64,000 nucleotides of DNA, from contig JAZDKB010000004.1 in the NCBI GenBank assembly GCA_043803405.1, positions 96,001 through 160,000 of the forward strand, written 5' to 3'. The notes under the pieces were generated by a model. The model was not told the DNA's origin. It did no database searches and saw only the letters and a program-made list of their open reading frames with translations. Position 1 is the first letter of the stretch. Each line of letters opens with the position of its first letter. Shown here piece after piece: positions 51,048 to 61,332 of this stretch. The translations under genes and the position numbers were made by a program. The DNA is from Spirochaetota bacterium. GTDB taxonomy: Bacteria; Spirochaetota; UBA4802; JAFGDQ01.

Positions 51048-51811
51048 ACATCCATAATACAAAAAAATCCCTAATGACGCACATTGTGCTTGGCTACCCG
51101 GACATGAACACGAATAAAGAGCTGATTAAAGTAATGTCCGATGCCGGCGTCGGCTATATCGAGATGCAAATCCCGTTCAGCGATCCCATTGCAGACGGCC
51201 CTACAATAGTAAACGCGAATCAGCAGGCATTAAAACACAACATTACATTAAAGGATTGCTTCGATTTCGCAGAAGATATGGCGTCATCATACAAAAATAT
51301 TAATTTTTTATTCATGTCGTATTATAATATATTGTTTAGCGCCGGCATTGAGAACTTTGTTAAAACAGTAAAGTCAGCAAATCTTTACGGTTTAATAATT
51401 CCGGATATTCCTTTTGAAGAAGACATGGAAGGATTTTTTCCAGCCTGCATTGAGAAGCATCTGAATGCAGTTTATGTGATCTCGCCCACAACGCCCGAAA
51501 CGCGTCTTAAGCGAATACGCAATGTTGTGTCCGGATTTGTGTACTGCACGTCGAGAATCGGCATCACGGGAGCGGATAAGAACCCTCACCGGAAGCTAGA
51601 GCAATACGTACGCAAAGCAAAGAGAATCCTGAATGTTCCGATCGCGGTCGGGTTCGGTATCGACAGCGCAGAGAAAGCTAAAGCAATATCAGGGTTCGCG
51701 GACATTATTGTTATCGGGAGCAAGGTCATAAACATGGTTAATCAATATGGCAGGGATTTCCAAAAACCGGTGTATGAGTTTTTGTATGAAGTTAAAAAAG
51801 CAATAACATAA
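51044..51811 (+). CDS. trpA: Tryptophan synthase alpha chain
   Basis: IPFSDPIADGPTI, YYN, IPDIP.EE, G.TG and VGFGI; ATGA overlap with trpB. Confidence 0.95.
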   Translation: MNIHNTKKSLMTHIVLGYPDMNTNKELIKVMSDAGVGYIEMQIPFSDPIADGPTIVNANQQALKHNITLKDCFDFAEDMASSYKNINFLFMSYYNILFSAGIENFVKTVKSANLYGLIIPDIPFEEDMEGFFPACIEKHLNAVYVISPTTPETRLKRIRNVVSGFVYCTSRIGITGADKNPHRKLEQYVRKAKRILNVPIAVGFGIDSAEKAKAISGFADIIVIGSKVINMVNQYGRDFQKPVYEFLYEVKKAIT

Positions 51812-51828
51812 TACGCTTTTAATAATTT

Positions 51829-52194
51829 TTACTTAAAAACTATTTTTCTCATTCGTATGTTCATATCATTTACCACAATGAAATTCATTTGAGGATCATT
51901 TTTAATAATGAATAAAGCAGTTTTTATTTTTTCGAGTACATAATCCAGCGATTTCGGTTCTATTCTTAATAGAATAACACCATCAATTATATGTCTTGAT
52001 CTGAATACCAATTCTCCAAAATCTTTATCAAATGTGAGGATATAACCGCCATTTTGTTGAGCAATTTTTATAATTTCCTCATCTGAAATACCGGGTGAGT
52101 TTTCACTAATGCTGATGATCTCAGTGCCGTTTTTACGTAAATTTTGAACAGCTTTTAATGGAATATTTTCATCAGCTATTATTTTAATCTGCAT
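51829..52194 (-). CDS. DUF5615 PIN-like toxin
   Basis: ADENIP, G.SDEEI and LTFDKDFGELVF motifs. Confidence 0.85.
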   Translation of the reverse strand: MQIKIIADENIPLKAVQNLRKNGTEIISISENSPGISDEEIIKIAQQNGGYILTFDKDFGELVFRSRHIIDGVILLRIEPKSLDYVLEKIKTALFIIKNDPQMNFIVVNDMNIRMRKIVFK

Positions 52195-52195
52195 T

Positions 52196-52417
52196 TTACA
52201 TTATTAAAACTTTTTCATCTTTGAGTACGTATGAAGCATATTCAAGACAGGCCGTAATATCTTCAGCTTTTAACTGAGGATAGTTTTCGATTATTGCTTC
52301 AGAAGACCAATTCTTAGCAAGAAGATCAATGATAAAGTCAACTGAAATACGAGTACCCTTAATTATAGGTTTACCTGCAATAATCTTTTCATCTGTTTCA
52401 ATTCTTTCCTGCCACAT
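52196..52417 (-). CDS. DUF433 antitoxin
   Basis: RI..D..I..GKP.IKGTRI.V and YPQL..EDI.ACL.YA; start at ATG 52417 with AAGGGG upstream. Confidence 0.88.
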   Translation of the reverse strand: MWQERIETDEKIIAGKPIIKGTRISVDFIIDLLAKNWSSEAIIENYPQLKAEDITACLEYASYVLKDEKVLIM

Positions 52418-52654
52418 ATAGTTATCCCCTTTGATAATTGATTTTGCTATAACAGAGTTTGCTGTATTTGCAAGCAAATTTTCATTATAGATCCATTTAG
52501 AGGACAAATAGAATAATTAAAATAAATTGCTGGCAAAATTAATAAAATTATTTTAAGCTTACAAAAATTTAAAGTAAAACAATTTTTTAATTGATTATAT
52601 ATAACGATTAATCTTTTAAATATCGTAATTAATAATTTAAATGAAAGGTTTGAT

Positions 52655-53701
52655 ATGAAGAACGCAACTATCATTGGAGCAACAGGTTTCGGGGGCCTTG
52701 GCCTTATAGAGATTCTATTAAGGCATCCGGAATTTAAAATAAAGCAGCTTGCCGCGCGCAAGGATGTCGGAAAACGCGTTGACGAGGTATTTCCGCACCT
52801 GAACGGCTTCTGCGATCTGATGGTAGAAAGCCCGGAAGCTATAGATTATTCCGGGATAGATATCGCTTTCTTTTCAACACCGGACAGGGCAGGCATGATG
52901 CTCATTAGTGAATTTTTTAAGAGAGGCATACCTGTGATCGATTTCAGCGGCGACTTCCGCTTTAACGATACCGAAACATACTCAGCATACGCTCGTTTTA
53001 AAGGCATGGAAGACAGACATCTTTCTCCAGAAATACTGGCGCATGCTGTGTACGGGCTTCCTGAGATCAACGCGGACAAGATCAGAAAAGCGAAGGTAGT
53101 CGGCAATCCCGGCTGCTTCGCTGTCTCCATCATGCTTGGGCTTTTGCCCACAGTAGAGATGGGACTGGCAGACTCGCCCACTATCATCTGCGACGGCAAA
53201 ACAGGCGTCTCGGGAGCTGGGAAGAATCCGGGTGAGGCAAATTTTTATCCTCAGAGATACGAAAACGTAAACACTTACAGGGAAGGCAAACATCAGCATA
53301 TTTACGAAGTTGAGAACGTCCTTAACAGCAGAAGCAAAAATAAAGTAAAGATAATGTTTGTTCCGCAGATCGTTCCGCTTAACCGCGGAATACTCTCTAC
53401 TATGTATGCTCCTGCAAAATCCGGCCTTACAACAAAAAAGGCGCTTGATGTTTACAGGGAATATTATGCAGGCAAGCATTTTGTTGTGGTCACGGATAAA
53501 TCTCCTAACACAACAGATGTTCGCGGCTCCAACAGATGCGAGATTCGCCCTATGGTTGATGAGCGTACTGGTACGCTCTTTGTGACTTCTGTAATAGATA
53601 ATCTTGTCAAGGGACAGGCAGGCAACGCAGTGCAAAACGCGAACATCATTCTCGGCTTTGATGAAAAGACGGGACTTGACGTGCCGGCGTTTTATCCGTA
53701 A
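52655..53701 (+). CDS. argC: N-acetyl-gamma-glutamyl-phosphate reductase
   Basis: GATGF.G, DFSGDFR, YGLPE, NPGCF, GVSGAG and DNLVKGQAG.AVQN. Confidence 0.95.
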   Translation: MKNATIIGATGFGGLGLIEILLRHPEFKIKQLAARKDVGKRVDEVFPHLNGFCDLMVESPEAIDYSGIDIAFFSTPDRAGMMLISEFFKRGIPVIDFSGDFRFNDTETYSAYARFKGMEDRHLSPEILAHAVYGLPEINADKIRKAKVVGNPGCFAVSIMLGLLPTVEMGLADSPTIICDGKTGVSGAGKNPGEANFYPQRYENVNTYREGKHQHIYEVENVLNSRSKNKVKIMFVPQIVPLNRGILSTMYAPAKSGLTTKKALDVYREYYAGKHFVVVTDKSPNTTDVRGSNRCEIRPMVDERTGTLFVTSVIDNLVKGQAGNAVQNANIILGFDEKTGLDVPAFYP

Positions 53702-53771
53702 TTATATTTAATAAATTATTGACCTAATTATTAATAAGGATTATCTTAATATCATTAATCCGGAGAATAAT

Positions 53772-53990
53772 ATGAATTATAAAGTGATCATTATGTACGA
53801 TCCTGAATATAAGGGATATATTGTGGATGTACCTGAACTTGAAGGTTGCATGAGTCAGGGTAAGACGATAGATGAAGCGATTATAAATATTAAAGATGCA
53901 ATTAATGGATGGCTTGAGGCGGAAAAAAAACATCATCCACTGGAAATACATGAACCCCGTGAGATTTTTTTAGGTGAAGTAACAGTATAA
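53772..53990 (+). CDS. hicB: HicB-family antitoxin (short form)
   Basis: Y.V.VPELEGC.SQG.T..EA..NI.DAI motif. Confidence 0.88.
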   Translation: MNYKVIIMYDPEYKGYIVDVPELEGCMSQGKTIDEAIINIKDAINGWLEAEKKHHPLEIHEPREIFLGEVTV

Positions 53991-53991
53991 T

Positions 53992-54210
53992 ATGGGGATA
54001 CTTTCTAACATTTCCGGTAAAGATGCTGTAAGAATATTCCAAAAGTATGGTTATAATATTGATCATCAAACCGGCAGTCATATAATATTATATCATCCAT
54101 CCAAACCAACTCTTTCTATTCCAAATCATAAAGAACTCGCCCCGGGTTTGCTTCATGGACTAATAAGAAAAAGCGGCTTGACAGTTCAGGACTTTATAAA
54201 AGAAAAATAA
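53992..54210 (+). CDS. hicA: HicA-family mRNA interferase toxin
   Basis: GSH catalytic motif, IP.H.EL..G.L..I. Confidence 0.88.
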   Translation: MGILSNISGKDAVRIFQKYGYNIDHQTGSHIILYHPSKPTLSIPNHKELAPGLLHGLIRKSGLTVQDFIKEK

Positions 54211-54252
54211 TTAAAAATTTAGCATATAAGAATTTATTATAATAAAACAGTA

Positions 54253-55467
54253 ATGACCAGGGAAAAAATACAATACGCAAACGGAACAATCAAAACGCCG
54301 GATAATCCGGCAATACTTTTTATCGAAGGCGACGGTACCGGGCCGGATATATGGAAAGCAGCAAAATATGTCTTTGATTCTGCGGTTGAAAAGGCATACG
54401 CGGGCAAACGAAAAATCCAGTGGATGGAAGTCCTTGCAGGCGAAAAGGCTTTTAAAGCGACCGGGAACTGGCTCCCGGACGAGACTCTGCAGAAGATAAA
54501 GGAATATAAGATCGCTATAAAGGGTCCGCTAACTACTCCGGTTGGCGGCGGCATTCGAAGCATAAATGTTGCATTAAGGCAGGCATTAAAGCTTTACGCA
54601 TGCATTAGGCCGGTCAAATACATCAAGGGGATGCCCAGCCCGGTCAGGAACCCGGAGAAAGTCGACATGGTAATTTTCAGGGAAAATATGGAAGATGTAT
54701 ACTCGGGGATAGAATGGAAGCAAGGTTCTGAAGAAGCAAGGAAAGTGATTAGCTTTTTAAATGACGAGTTGCATCAGAATCTTACTTTTGATTCAGGTAT
54801 AGGCATAAAGCCGATCAGTATTGCGAACACAAACAACCTGGTCCGGGCCGCAATTAAGTATGCAGTTGCCAATAAAAGAAAAAGCATCACACTTATGCAC
54901 AAAGGCAACATAATGAAATTTACCGAAGGCGCATTCAGAGACTGGGGTTACGCGCTCGCAAAAAAAGAATTTGCCGGTATAATAGTAACGGAGGATGAAC
55001 TCAGGGAAAAGTACAATGGCAGGCAACCCGGTGACAGGATCATTATCAAGGACAGGATCGCTGACGCGATGTTTCAGCAGGTATTGCTGAGGCCGGATGA
55101 ATACGATATTATCGCAGCGCCCAATCTTAACGGCGATTATCTTTCTGATGCGCTTGCTGCTCAGACCGGCGGGCTGGGGATGGCTCCGGGCGCGAACATC
55201 GGGGACAGTGAAGCTGTCTTTGAAGCTACGCACGGAACGGCACCCAAGTATGCCGGGCTGGATAAGGTGAACCCGGGCTCGCTTATACTTTCGGGAGAAC
55301 TTATGCTTCGCTTTATCGGATGGACGGAAGCTGCCGACCGGCTGATGAGCGGCCTGGAAAAGACAATTCAGCAGAAAAAGGTTACATACGACCTGGAAAG
55401 GCTGATGCAGGACGCAACACTTTTAAAGTGTTCGGAATTCGGAGAAGCAATCGCGGAGAATATTTAA
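54253..55467 (+). CDS. icd: NADP-dependent isocitrate dehydrogenase
   Basis: [49 protein letters not shown] and HGTAPKYAG. Confidence 0.96.
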   Translation: MTREKIQYANGTIKTPDNPAILFIEGDGTGPDIWKAAKYVFDSAVEKAYAGKRKIQWMEVLAGEKAFKATGNWLPDETLQKIKEYKIAIKGPLTTPVGGGIRSINVALRQALKLYACIRPVKYIKGMPSPVRNPEKVDMVIFRENMEDVYSGIEWKQGSEEARKVISFLNDELHQNLTFDSGIGIKPISIANTNNLVRAAIKYAVANKRKSITLMHKGNIMKFTEGAFRDWGYALAKKEFAGIIVTEDELREKYNGRQPGDRIIIKDRIADAMFQQVLLRPDEYDIIAAPNLNGDYLSDALAAQTGGLGMAPGANIGDSEAVFEATHGTAPKYAGLDKVNPGSLILSGELMLRFIGWTEAADRLMSGLEKTIQQKKVTYDLERLMQDATLLKCSEFGEAIAENI

Positions 55468-55501
55468 CCACCAATACATACAGATAAAAAGAGGGAAAAT
55501 T

Positions 55502-56008
55502 ATGAAACCGTATAAAACCGATAAAACCGGTGAAGATATTTTGACTATTCTTGCTTCGGATGGCAAAATAGCACATGAAGATATTGCCAAACAATTAAAT
55601 CTTCCGGTCAGTACTGTATCAAAATATATAAATAAGTTTGAAAAAGATAAGATTATTTTAAAATACAGGGCTCATATAAACTGGGAAAGGATTAAAGAGC
55701 ATGAAGTAAGAGCGCTAATTGAGGTAAGGGTAATCCCTGAGCGGGGAGTCGGCTTTGATGCCATTGCGGAATCCATTTACCGTTTTCCTGAGGTTACGGC
55801 TTTGTATCTTATTTCCGGGGGTTACGATCTGCTTGTTCAGGTTGAGGGCCCGAATCTCAGAGAGGTTGCGCTTTTTGTTTCCGAAAAACTTGCTACCTTG
55901 AAAAACGTGCAGTCAACTGCAACGCATTTTCTATTAAAGAAATTCAAGGAAGACGGCGACATTCTGGTTGCTCAACCTGATTCGAAAAGATTGCTTGTAA
56001 GCCCGTAA
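55502..56008 (+). CDS. Lrp/AsnC family transcriptional regulator
   Basis: N-terminal HTH and C-terminal RAM domain (GFD.IA..I..FPEV..LYL.SG.YDL, TATHFLLK). Confidence 0.88.
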   Translation: MKPYKTDKTGEDILTILASDGKIAHEDIAKQLNLPVSTVSKYINKFEKDKIILKYRAHINWERIKEHEVRALIEVRVIPERGVGFDAIAESIYRFPEVTALYLISGGYDLLVQVEGPNLREVALFVSEKLATLKNVQSTATHFLLKKFKEDGDILVAQPDSKRLLVSP

Positions 56009-56044
56009 TCCTGTTTAATTTAACGCCTTGAAGCAAAATATTTT

Positions 56045-56809
56045 TTATTTTTCTATTTTAATAAGAGAGCAAATTCCTTCAGCAATATCGCCGGCATTGC
56101 TGGAGTTATAAATATCCACAGATCTTTCGCCGTCAATAATATACTTATATTTATATATTCCGGGGTTAAGCCTCTTTACCAGCATCCAGACCCCGCTTTT
56201 CTTTTTTTTAAGCAGATCATTCTCAGGGTTCCAGTTATTAAAATCCCCAACAAGCGAGATATGTTTAGCGCGTGGTTTATAAATCCTGAATTCGACTAGC
56301 TGAGTATCAATTAACCTGTAAGATACATTTTTTGTGTCGGTTAAATTAATTGGATATATAATAGATACGTAAGATCCTGAATCATCATCTTCCTTTTCCG
56401 GATTCATAGGATCTGGAAGCCAAATTCCGTCTACAACGAATTTATACCGGATCGTATTATTATTGTTATTATCGTTAAACTCATTTATAAAATAATACCA
56501 TATCCCGTAATTACCCTTTGACATGTCTACAGGCATCCAGTTGGAGAAATCTCCTGCTATTTGGACATTGTTTGTATTCCTGTTCTTATGTGTAACAAGA
56601 ATGCCTTTTTCAATTAAAGATTTTCCTTTTCCTGCATTATCTGTCTTTACAACCTTTAGTTCGCGGGGCGCACCGGATTCTTTTAATGTACGAAAATTAT
56701 TATAATATTCAATATGTTTATTATTTTCCGTTGATATGAATCCAGTAAAAAGAAACGGCAAAAAGATTAAAATTAGTTTAAACTTTTTAATTTTTTTTAT
56801 CATTCTCAT
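56045..56809 (-). CDS. Exported protein with tandem glycogen-binding (CBM48/AMPK-beta-like) domains
   Basis: Two copies of (A/V)GDF.NW.P...G.W...Y.Y(K/R)(F/Y)..DG; N-terminal signal/TM. Confidence 0.85.
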   Translation of the reverse strand: MRMIKKIKKFKLILIFLPFLFTGFISTENNKHIEYYNNFRTLKESGAPRELKVVKTDNAGKGKSLIEKGILVTHKNRNTNNVQIAGDFSNWMPVDMSKGNYGIWYYFINEFNDNNNNNTIRYKFVVDGIWLPDPMNPEKEDDDSGSYVSIIYPINLTDTKNVSYRLIDTQLVEFRIYKPRAKHISLVGDFNNWNPENDLLKKKKSGVWMLVKRLNPGIYKYKYIIDGERSVDIYNSSNAGDIAEGICSLIKIEK

Positions 56810-56946
56810 TTATGTTATTTTATTATAAAGTGCTTATTGTTGAATTTAGACTTCCATATTTTATGTCGATAACTATAGTAAAAATATTGAAATAAAAACG
56901 TAACAACTGCAAAATAAGTTAAAAATTATACAGTCAGGTTGGATAA

Positions 56947-59900
56947 ATGGCAGAAAACGAAGAAATAATTGAATATTCTCCGGCAGAACAGAAGGAGATA
57001 GATAGAATTTTAAATTATTTATCACAGGAAACATTGGGACATATGCCTGTAAATTCCATATCTGCAGATGAAGGTATAGATAAAGAAGCGGGATATGCAC
57101 AAGAAGAAGTGAATATTCAATTTGACAAGGGGGATTTAGGGGTTCTGCCGGAGGATGAGGAAATCGGTGAAGAATTCGAAGCTGATTTAGAAGAGCAAAT
57201 AATTAGCGATCAGGAAGAATCAGCAAAGGTTGAACAGGAACAGGAGCATGAAGAAGAGGAAGAATTAGAGCTGGAAGAACTGGAGCAAAACATGCTTGAA
57301 GATGAGCCGGAAGAATACCAGGACATTACCGGTTTAATACATGAAATAAAAGATAAAAAGATAGAAGAACGGCCTTCTGATGAGATAAGTGATGAAATTA
57401 CTGATGAATTGCTTTCCGAAGATTTTTCAGCAGTTGAAGAAATAGATGGGAAATCAGGTCCGCATGAGGAACCAGTTGAAGAAGAGTTCGATGCTGATTT
57501 GCTGGAGAGCATTGATTTAGACGAAGTTAAGCCGGCCAGAAAAGCTTCTGAAGAACCGGATTACGATTTAACTATGCTTGCCGACGAGTTCGAAAAACAG
57601 GAAAAAGATCTTGTAGCTGATGAAGAAGGGAAGAAGGCTGTTCCTGTAACCGAAATTCCGGACATTAGCAATGAGCAACCCGGGCATGAACCGCTGCTAG
57701 ATGAGGATCTTTTGGAGGGACTTGAGTCTACAGTAACGGAACAGGTTCCCGCTGAAAAAGTTAAACCTTTGAAGGATAAAGCGACGGGGAGCATAGTTCC
57801 GGAAGAGCAGTTTAATCTGGATGAACTTGAGGGAATGGATGTAATAGATGAAACACCAGCTAAATCGGCCGATGATAAATTTCCCGACATAGACCTGACG
57901 GATTTGGATGAGCTTAAAACAGAATCCGAAGAAAAAAAACCGGTTTCCAAAACTGACAAAAAAATTAATAAACAGGATTTATCGCCGGATTTCAATATAG
58001 ATCAAGAGACTCATGAGGAAAAAATAGCATTCGATATTTCACCGGAAATGGGAATAAGCGAATCTGTTGAAAAAGATATTCCGGCATCTCCGGAAAAAGA
58101 AGGTGAGATTGATCTTTCCGACAGTGAATTAAAAAAACTTAATAAAGCAATACAAATTTTTCATCCGAATCTAAGCAAAATTATTAAAGACATTATATTA
58201 AATGACCGGCTTCCTGGCAGTGATATTAGAGATCTGGTCGATATGCTTTTAAGTAGCACATCGGAAGAAGATGTAAAATTATTTTTAGAAGAAAAACTGA
58301 ATAAAAAAATTGATATTTCCGCGAAGGCCGCGCAACCTAAAAGACGCGTCATAGCAGCAAGATCGGAATATACGGCAGAAGGCAGGGAAAAACAAAAGAA
58401 GCGTATTAAAAACGCAGGAATTATTGCAGCCGTCGGAGTAGTGCTGTTAGTGGCAGGTGTTCTTGTTTATAAAAATATTTACATTCCGGTAATGGCCAAA
58501 AAAAATATAGATGAAGGGGTTCGTATTATAAAGAGACCCGGAGTGCCCGTACTCCAGAAACAAAAAGATTATAAAAAAGCTGAAGAATTATTTAATCACG
58601 TTAATGATAATTATATTAAGGACTATCTTTACGGCTATCATTCTTATGCGAAGGCATATTTCCAGAACAAAGAATATGATTATGCTCTGGAAAAGCTTAA
58701 TAAAGCTTACGATATTGATGCTTCGAATATAGATACACTTAATAACCTGGGTTTTTTCTTTGCTAAAGTGCCGGAAGCAAAATTTGAACAAATTAAACCT
58801 CAGCTCAGGAATTATTATTATAAAACTATTAAGCCGGTAGGCCCGATTAATAAACAGATTGATGTTGCTATTGATTTTTACCGTAAAGCGCTTAATTTGG
58901 ATCCAAATAATATTACAGCGTTATACGGGATAGGTAATGCCTATACCAGTCAGGGAGAATTTCTAAAAGCCAGGCAATTCTACGAAAACATTCTGGCTGT
59001 GGATAAGGATTCAACAGTTGGGTATTCGGGACTAATGAACCTGTTCATTGAAAGAGATGCTTTACCGGAAGTGCTAACTATACAGTCTGATCTTGAATAT
59101 AAGAAAAAATTATCGCAGGTGCCAAGGGCATTACTGGCAAAACTTGCTTCGTATTATTTAAGTAAAAAAAGAACGGACTCAAAAAATATCAGGATTGATT
59201 ACGGGATTCAGTCTCCGGATATCAAGGATTTTAACGACAATCCGTTTCCTGCGGTAAAAAAAGTTCTGAATGCGCTGGCGGAACAGGATATGGATTATCC
59301 TCCATTATTTCTGCATTTTGCCCGACTTTCGAAAGAAGAGAAAAACTATAATCTTGTAAAGAGAAATTTACTGACTGCGCTTGAAAGAGAACCGAATTAT
59401 TTTGCCGCTCATATTCTGTTAGCAGAACATTATTATCAGACAAAGGATCCTGTTGAGGCATATAAATCATGTAAAAAGGCTTTGCAGTCTTTCCTTTCCC
59501 CGCCCGAGTTTACCAATGAAGATTTTTATTATGAAACAGAAAAGATCGGCACTGCGTACGCAATAATGGGGAATATTTTTTATTACGCAGACAGGTTTAA
59601 CGCCAGGTTTGGAGATGATTTTGAAGATGATAATATAGAAGAAAAAAGCGATGAGCTGGCAACCTTATCAATAGCCCAGGATAAATACGAGAAAGCAATT
59701 TCTGAAAATTTTAAATCAGGCGAGATCTTTTATAATCTGGGAAGAATATATTATAAAAAAGGACAATACGATAAAGCTGTTACTACATGGCTTAATCTTT
59801 ATGAGGATTTTATTGCTCAGCCGGAATTGCTTTTTGCATTGGGGAATGCGTTTTATCACCTGAGGAATCTTGAAGCCAGCAAGGGAGAATATCTGAAAGT

Positions 59901-60210
59901 CATTTCTTTTTATGAAGGCAAAGCTGAAAATATAAAAGCAGTTTATCCTTCAAGAGAGGAACACAGTAAAATATTTCTTACATTATCATCCGTATACAAT
60001 AATTTGGGCGCTGTATATCAGATTCAGAATAATGAGACAAAAGCGAATATAAGTTACTGGAAAGCAATTGACAATGCTAATAAAATTGAAAGGGAAAACG
60101 AATTTGCACGCGTAAATCTGGCCAGGGCGTTTAAGCAGCACAAGGAAGCTGCGCAGCCTGTCCTTGATGAAAATATAGCGGTAAATGTGGAAAGTTACAC
60201 TGATTTTTAA
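56947..60210 (+). CDS. flcA: Periplasmic flagellar collar protein FlcA-like (acidic N-terminus, one TM, periplasmic TPRs)
   Basis: ~380-aa D/E-rich region, a helical block (LSDSELKKL...), a TM (IIAAVGVVLLVAGVLVY) and many TPRs. Architecture recalled for spirochaete FlcA; not verified by search. Confidence 0.6.
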   Translation: MAENEEIIEYSPAEQKEIDRILNYLSQETLGHMPVNSISADEGIDKEAGYAQEEVNIQFDKGDLGVLPEDEEIGEEFEADLEEQIISDQEESAKVEQEQEHEEEEELELEELEQNMLEDEPEEYQDITGLIHEIKDKKIEERPSDEISDEITDELLSEDFSAVEEIDGKSGPHEEPVEEEFDADLLESIDLDEVKPARKASEEPDYDLTMLADEFEKQEKDLVADEEGKKAVPVTEIPDISNEQPGHEPLLDEDLLEGLESTVTEQVPAEKVKPLKDKATGSIVPEEQFNLDELEGMDVIDETPAKSADDKFPDIDLTDLDELKTESEEKKPVSKTDKKINKQDLSPDFNIDQETHEEKIAFDISPEMGISESVEKDIPASPEKEGEIDLSDSELKKLNKAIQIFHPNLSKIIKDIILNDRLPGSDIRDLVDMLLSSTSEEDVKLFLEEKLNKKIDISAKAAQPKRRVIAARSEYTAEGREKQKKRIKNAGIIAAVGVVLLVAGVLVYKNIYIPVMAKKNIDEGVRIIKRPGVPVLQKQKDYKKAEELFNHVNDNYIKDYLYGYHSYAKAYFQNKEYDYALEKLNKAYDIDASNIDTLNNLGFFFAKVPEAKFEQIKPQLRNYYYKTIKPVGPINKQIDVAIDFYRKALNLDPNNITALYGIGNAYTSQGEFLKARQFYENILAVDKDSTVGYSGLMNLFIERDALPEVLTIQSDLEYKKKLSQVPRALLAKLASYYLSKKRTDSKNIRIDYGIQSPDIKDFNDNPFPAVKKVLNALAEQDMDYPPLFLHFARLSKEEKNYNLVKRNLLTALEREPNYFAAHILLAEHYYQTKDPVEAYKSCKKALQSFLSPPEFTNEDFYYETEKIGTAYAIMGNIFYYADRFNARFGDDFEDDNIEEKSDELATLSIAQDKYEKAISENFKSGEIFYNLGRIYYKKGQYDKAVTTWLNLYEDFIAQPELLFALGNAFYHLRNLEASKGEYLKVISFYEGKAENIKAVYPSREEHSKIFLTLSSVYNNLGAVYQIQNNETKANISYWKAIDNANKIERENEFARVNLARAFKQHKEAAQPVLDENIAVNVESYTDF

Positions 60211-60211
60211 T

Positions 60212-60529
60212 TTAAGATTCAACTATCTTCGTAATCTTAGTCTTTTCATTTAAATTGATATCGATAAATTCTATACCCATGCCGGATGGACTATTCTTAC
60301 CGTCTCCTTCGCTCAACCATCTGACAATTCCTTTAATCTCGATATTCTCTTCATCGGGACCGATAACGGAAAGCTGTATTTCAGATCCGATATTAACAGG
60401 TTCGGGTGTTGAAATGAAAATTCCACCGTAGCTTAAATCTTTTGATGAACTGAAAGTCATCCCGTCAGATGAATGGACTTCTGATTTTATTTTTTTTGAG
60501 ACTCTTGGATGTTTTCTTTTTTCGTTCAT
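60212..60529 (-). CDS. PilZ domain c-di-GMP receptor
   Basis: RxxxR (KRKHPR), DLSYGG (DxSxxG) and GMGIEF motifs. Confidence 0.9.
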   Translation of the reverse strand: MNEKRKHPRVSKKIKSEVHSSDGMTFSSSKDLSYGGIFISTPEPVNIGSEIQLSVIGPDEENIEIKGIVRWLSEGDGKNSPSGMGIEFIDINLNEKTKITKIVES

Positions 60530-60636
60530 TTTATTTTCTTCCTGGTATTATTGTCTTATTGAAATTAACTGGATATCAATTTAATTTATTATAATATACA
60601 TTGACAAATTTACAACTTTTTTTTATTTTAAAGGAT

Positions 60637-61071
60637 ATGGAAAAAAAAATTTTTGAGGATGATGTTTTTTACAGCATTAATTGGTCGCGGCCGAATCAGT
60701 GCGACAGGCATACGGTCATGGGTATCCCCAGCGTAGCCGGTATTGTCGCTTTATTTCAGAAAAGAAATGATATTATAGAATATCTGCTCTTTTACGCATG
60801 CTGGAAGAGCGGAGTCAGAAGCGGCGTGCGCGATCTTCTTGATCCAACCTTTAGCCAGTTCCGCGAGCTTATAACTTTGTCCGAGAATAAAGATCTAATG
60901 TTCAATTTTACAGTTGTTGATACGAGTCCGCAGGACATGCAGGACATTATGTACTGGCTGATAAAAGAATACAGCCCCAAATTAAATAATATCAAAGATT
61001 TTCTTGATTCCGAAAGATATAAAAATATTTATCTGCTGGAAAAATTCGAGGGAGATGCGGACGATAAATAA
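60637..61071 (+). CDS. Hypothetical protein (possible degenerate GIY-YIG-like fold)
   Basis: ATG 60637 with AAGGA upstream; IPSVAGIVALF and IKEYSPKLN resemble GIY-YIG terminal motifs. Confidence 0.55.
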   Translation: MEKKIFEDDVFYSINWSRPNQCDRHTVMGIPSVAGIVALFQKRNDIIEYLLFYACWKSGVRSGVRDLLDPTFSQFRELITLSENKDLMFNFTVVDTSPQDMQDIMYWLIKEYSPKLNNIKDFLDSERYKNIYLLEKFEGDADDK

Positions 61072-61073
61072 AT

Positions 61074-61146
61074 TGGGTTGCCCGAGAATCGAACTCGGAA
61101 CCTATTGATTAAGAGTCAAGTGCTCTGCCAATTGAGCTAGCAACCC
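61074..61146 (-). tRNA. tRNA-Lys (CTT)
   Basis: Reverse complement GGGTTGCTAGCTCAATTGGCAGAGCA-CTTGA-CTCTTAA-TCAAT...GTTCGATTC...GCAACCCA. Confidence 0.92.
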
Positions 61147-61332
61147 GTGAAAAAAGCTTGTAAAGCATAGTTTAGAGGTGATTTTACTGTCAAGTTTTTT
61201 TTAAAACTTAATGTGTCAGCAGAATAAAATCCGTTAATTTTATTATAATTCGAGAAAATACAGATTATTATCCCGGATAAATATAAAGATCAATAAACAA
61301 CTTATATTCGTAATATTTTAAAGGAAAACAGT

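Noticed and set aside
60601..60636. TTG start at 60601 given by the ORF track
   Set aside because: The ATG at 60637 has an AAGGA ribosome-binding site, and the TTG is part of a TTGACA hexamer.
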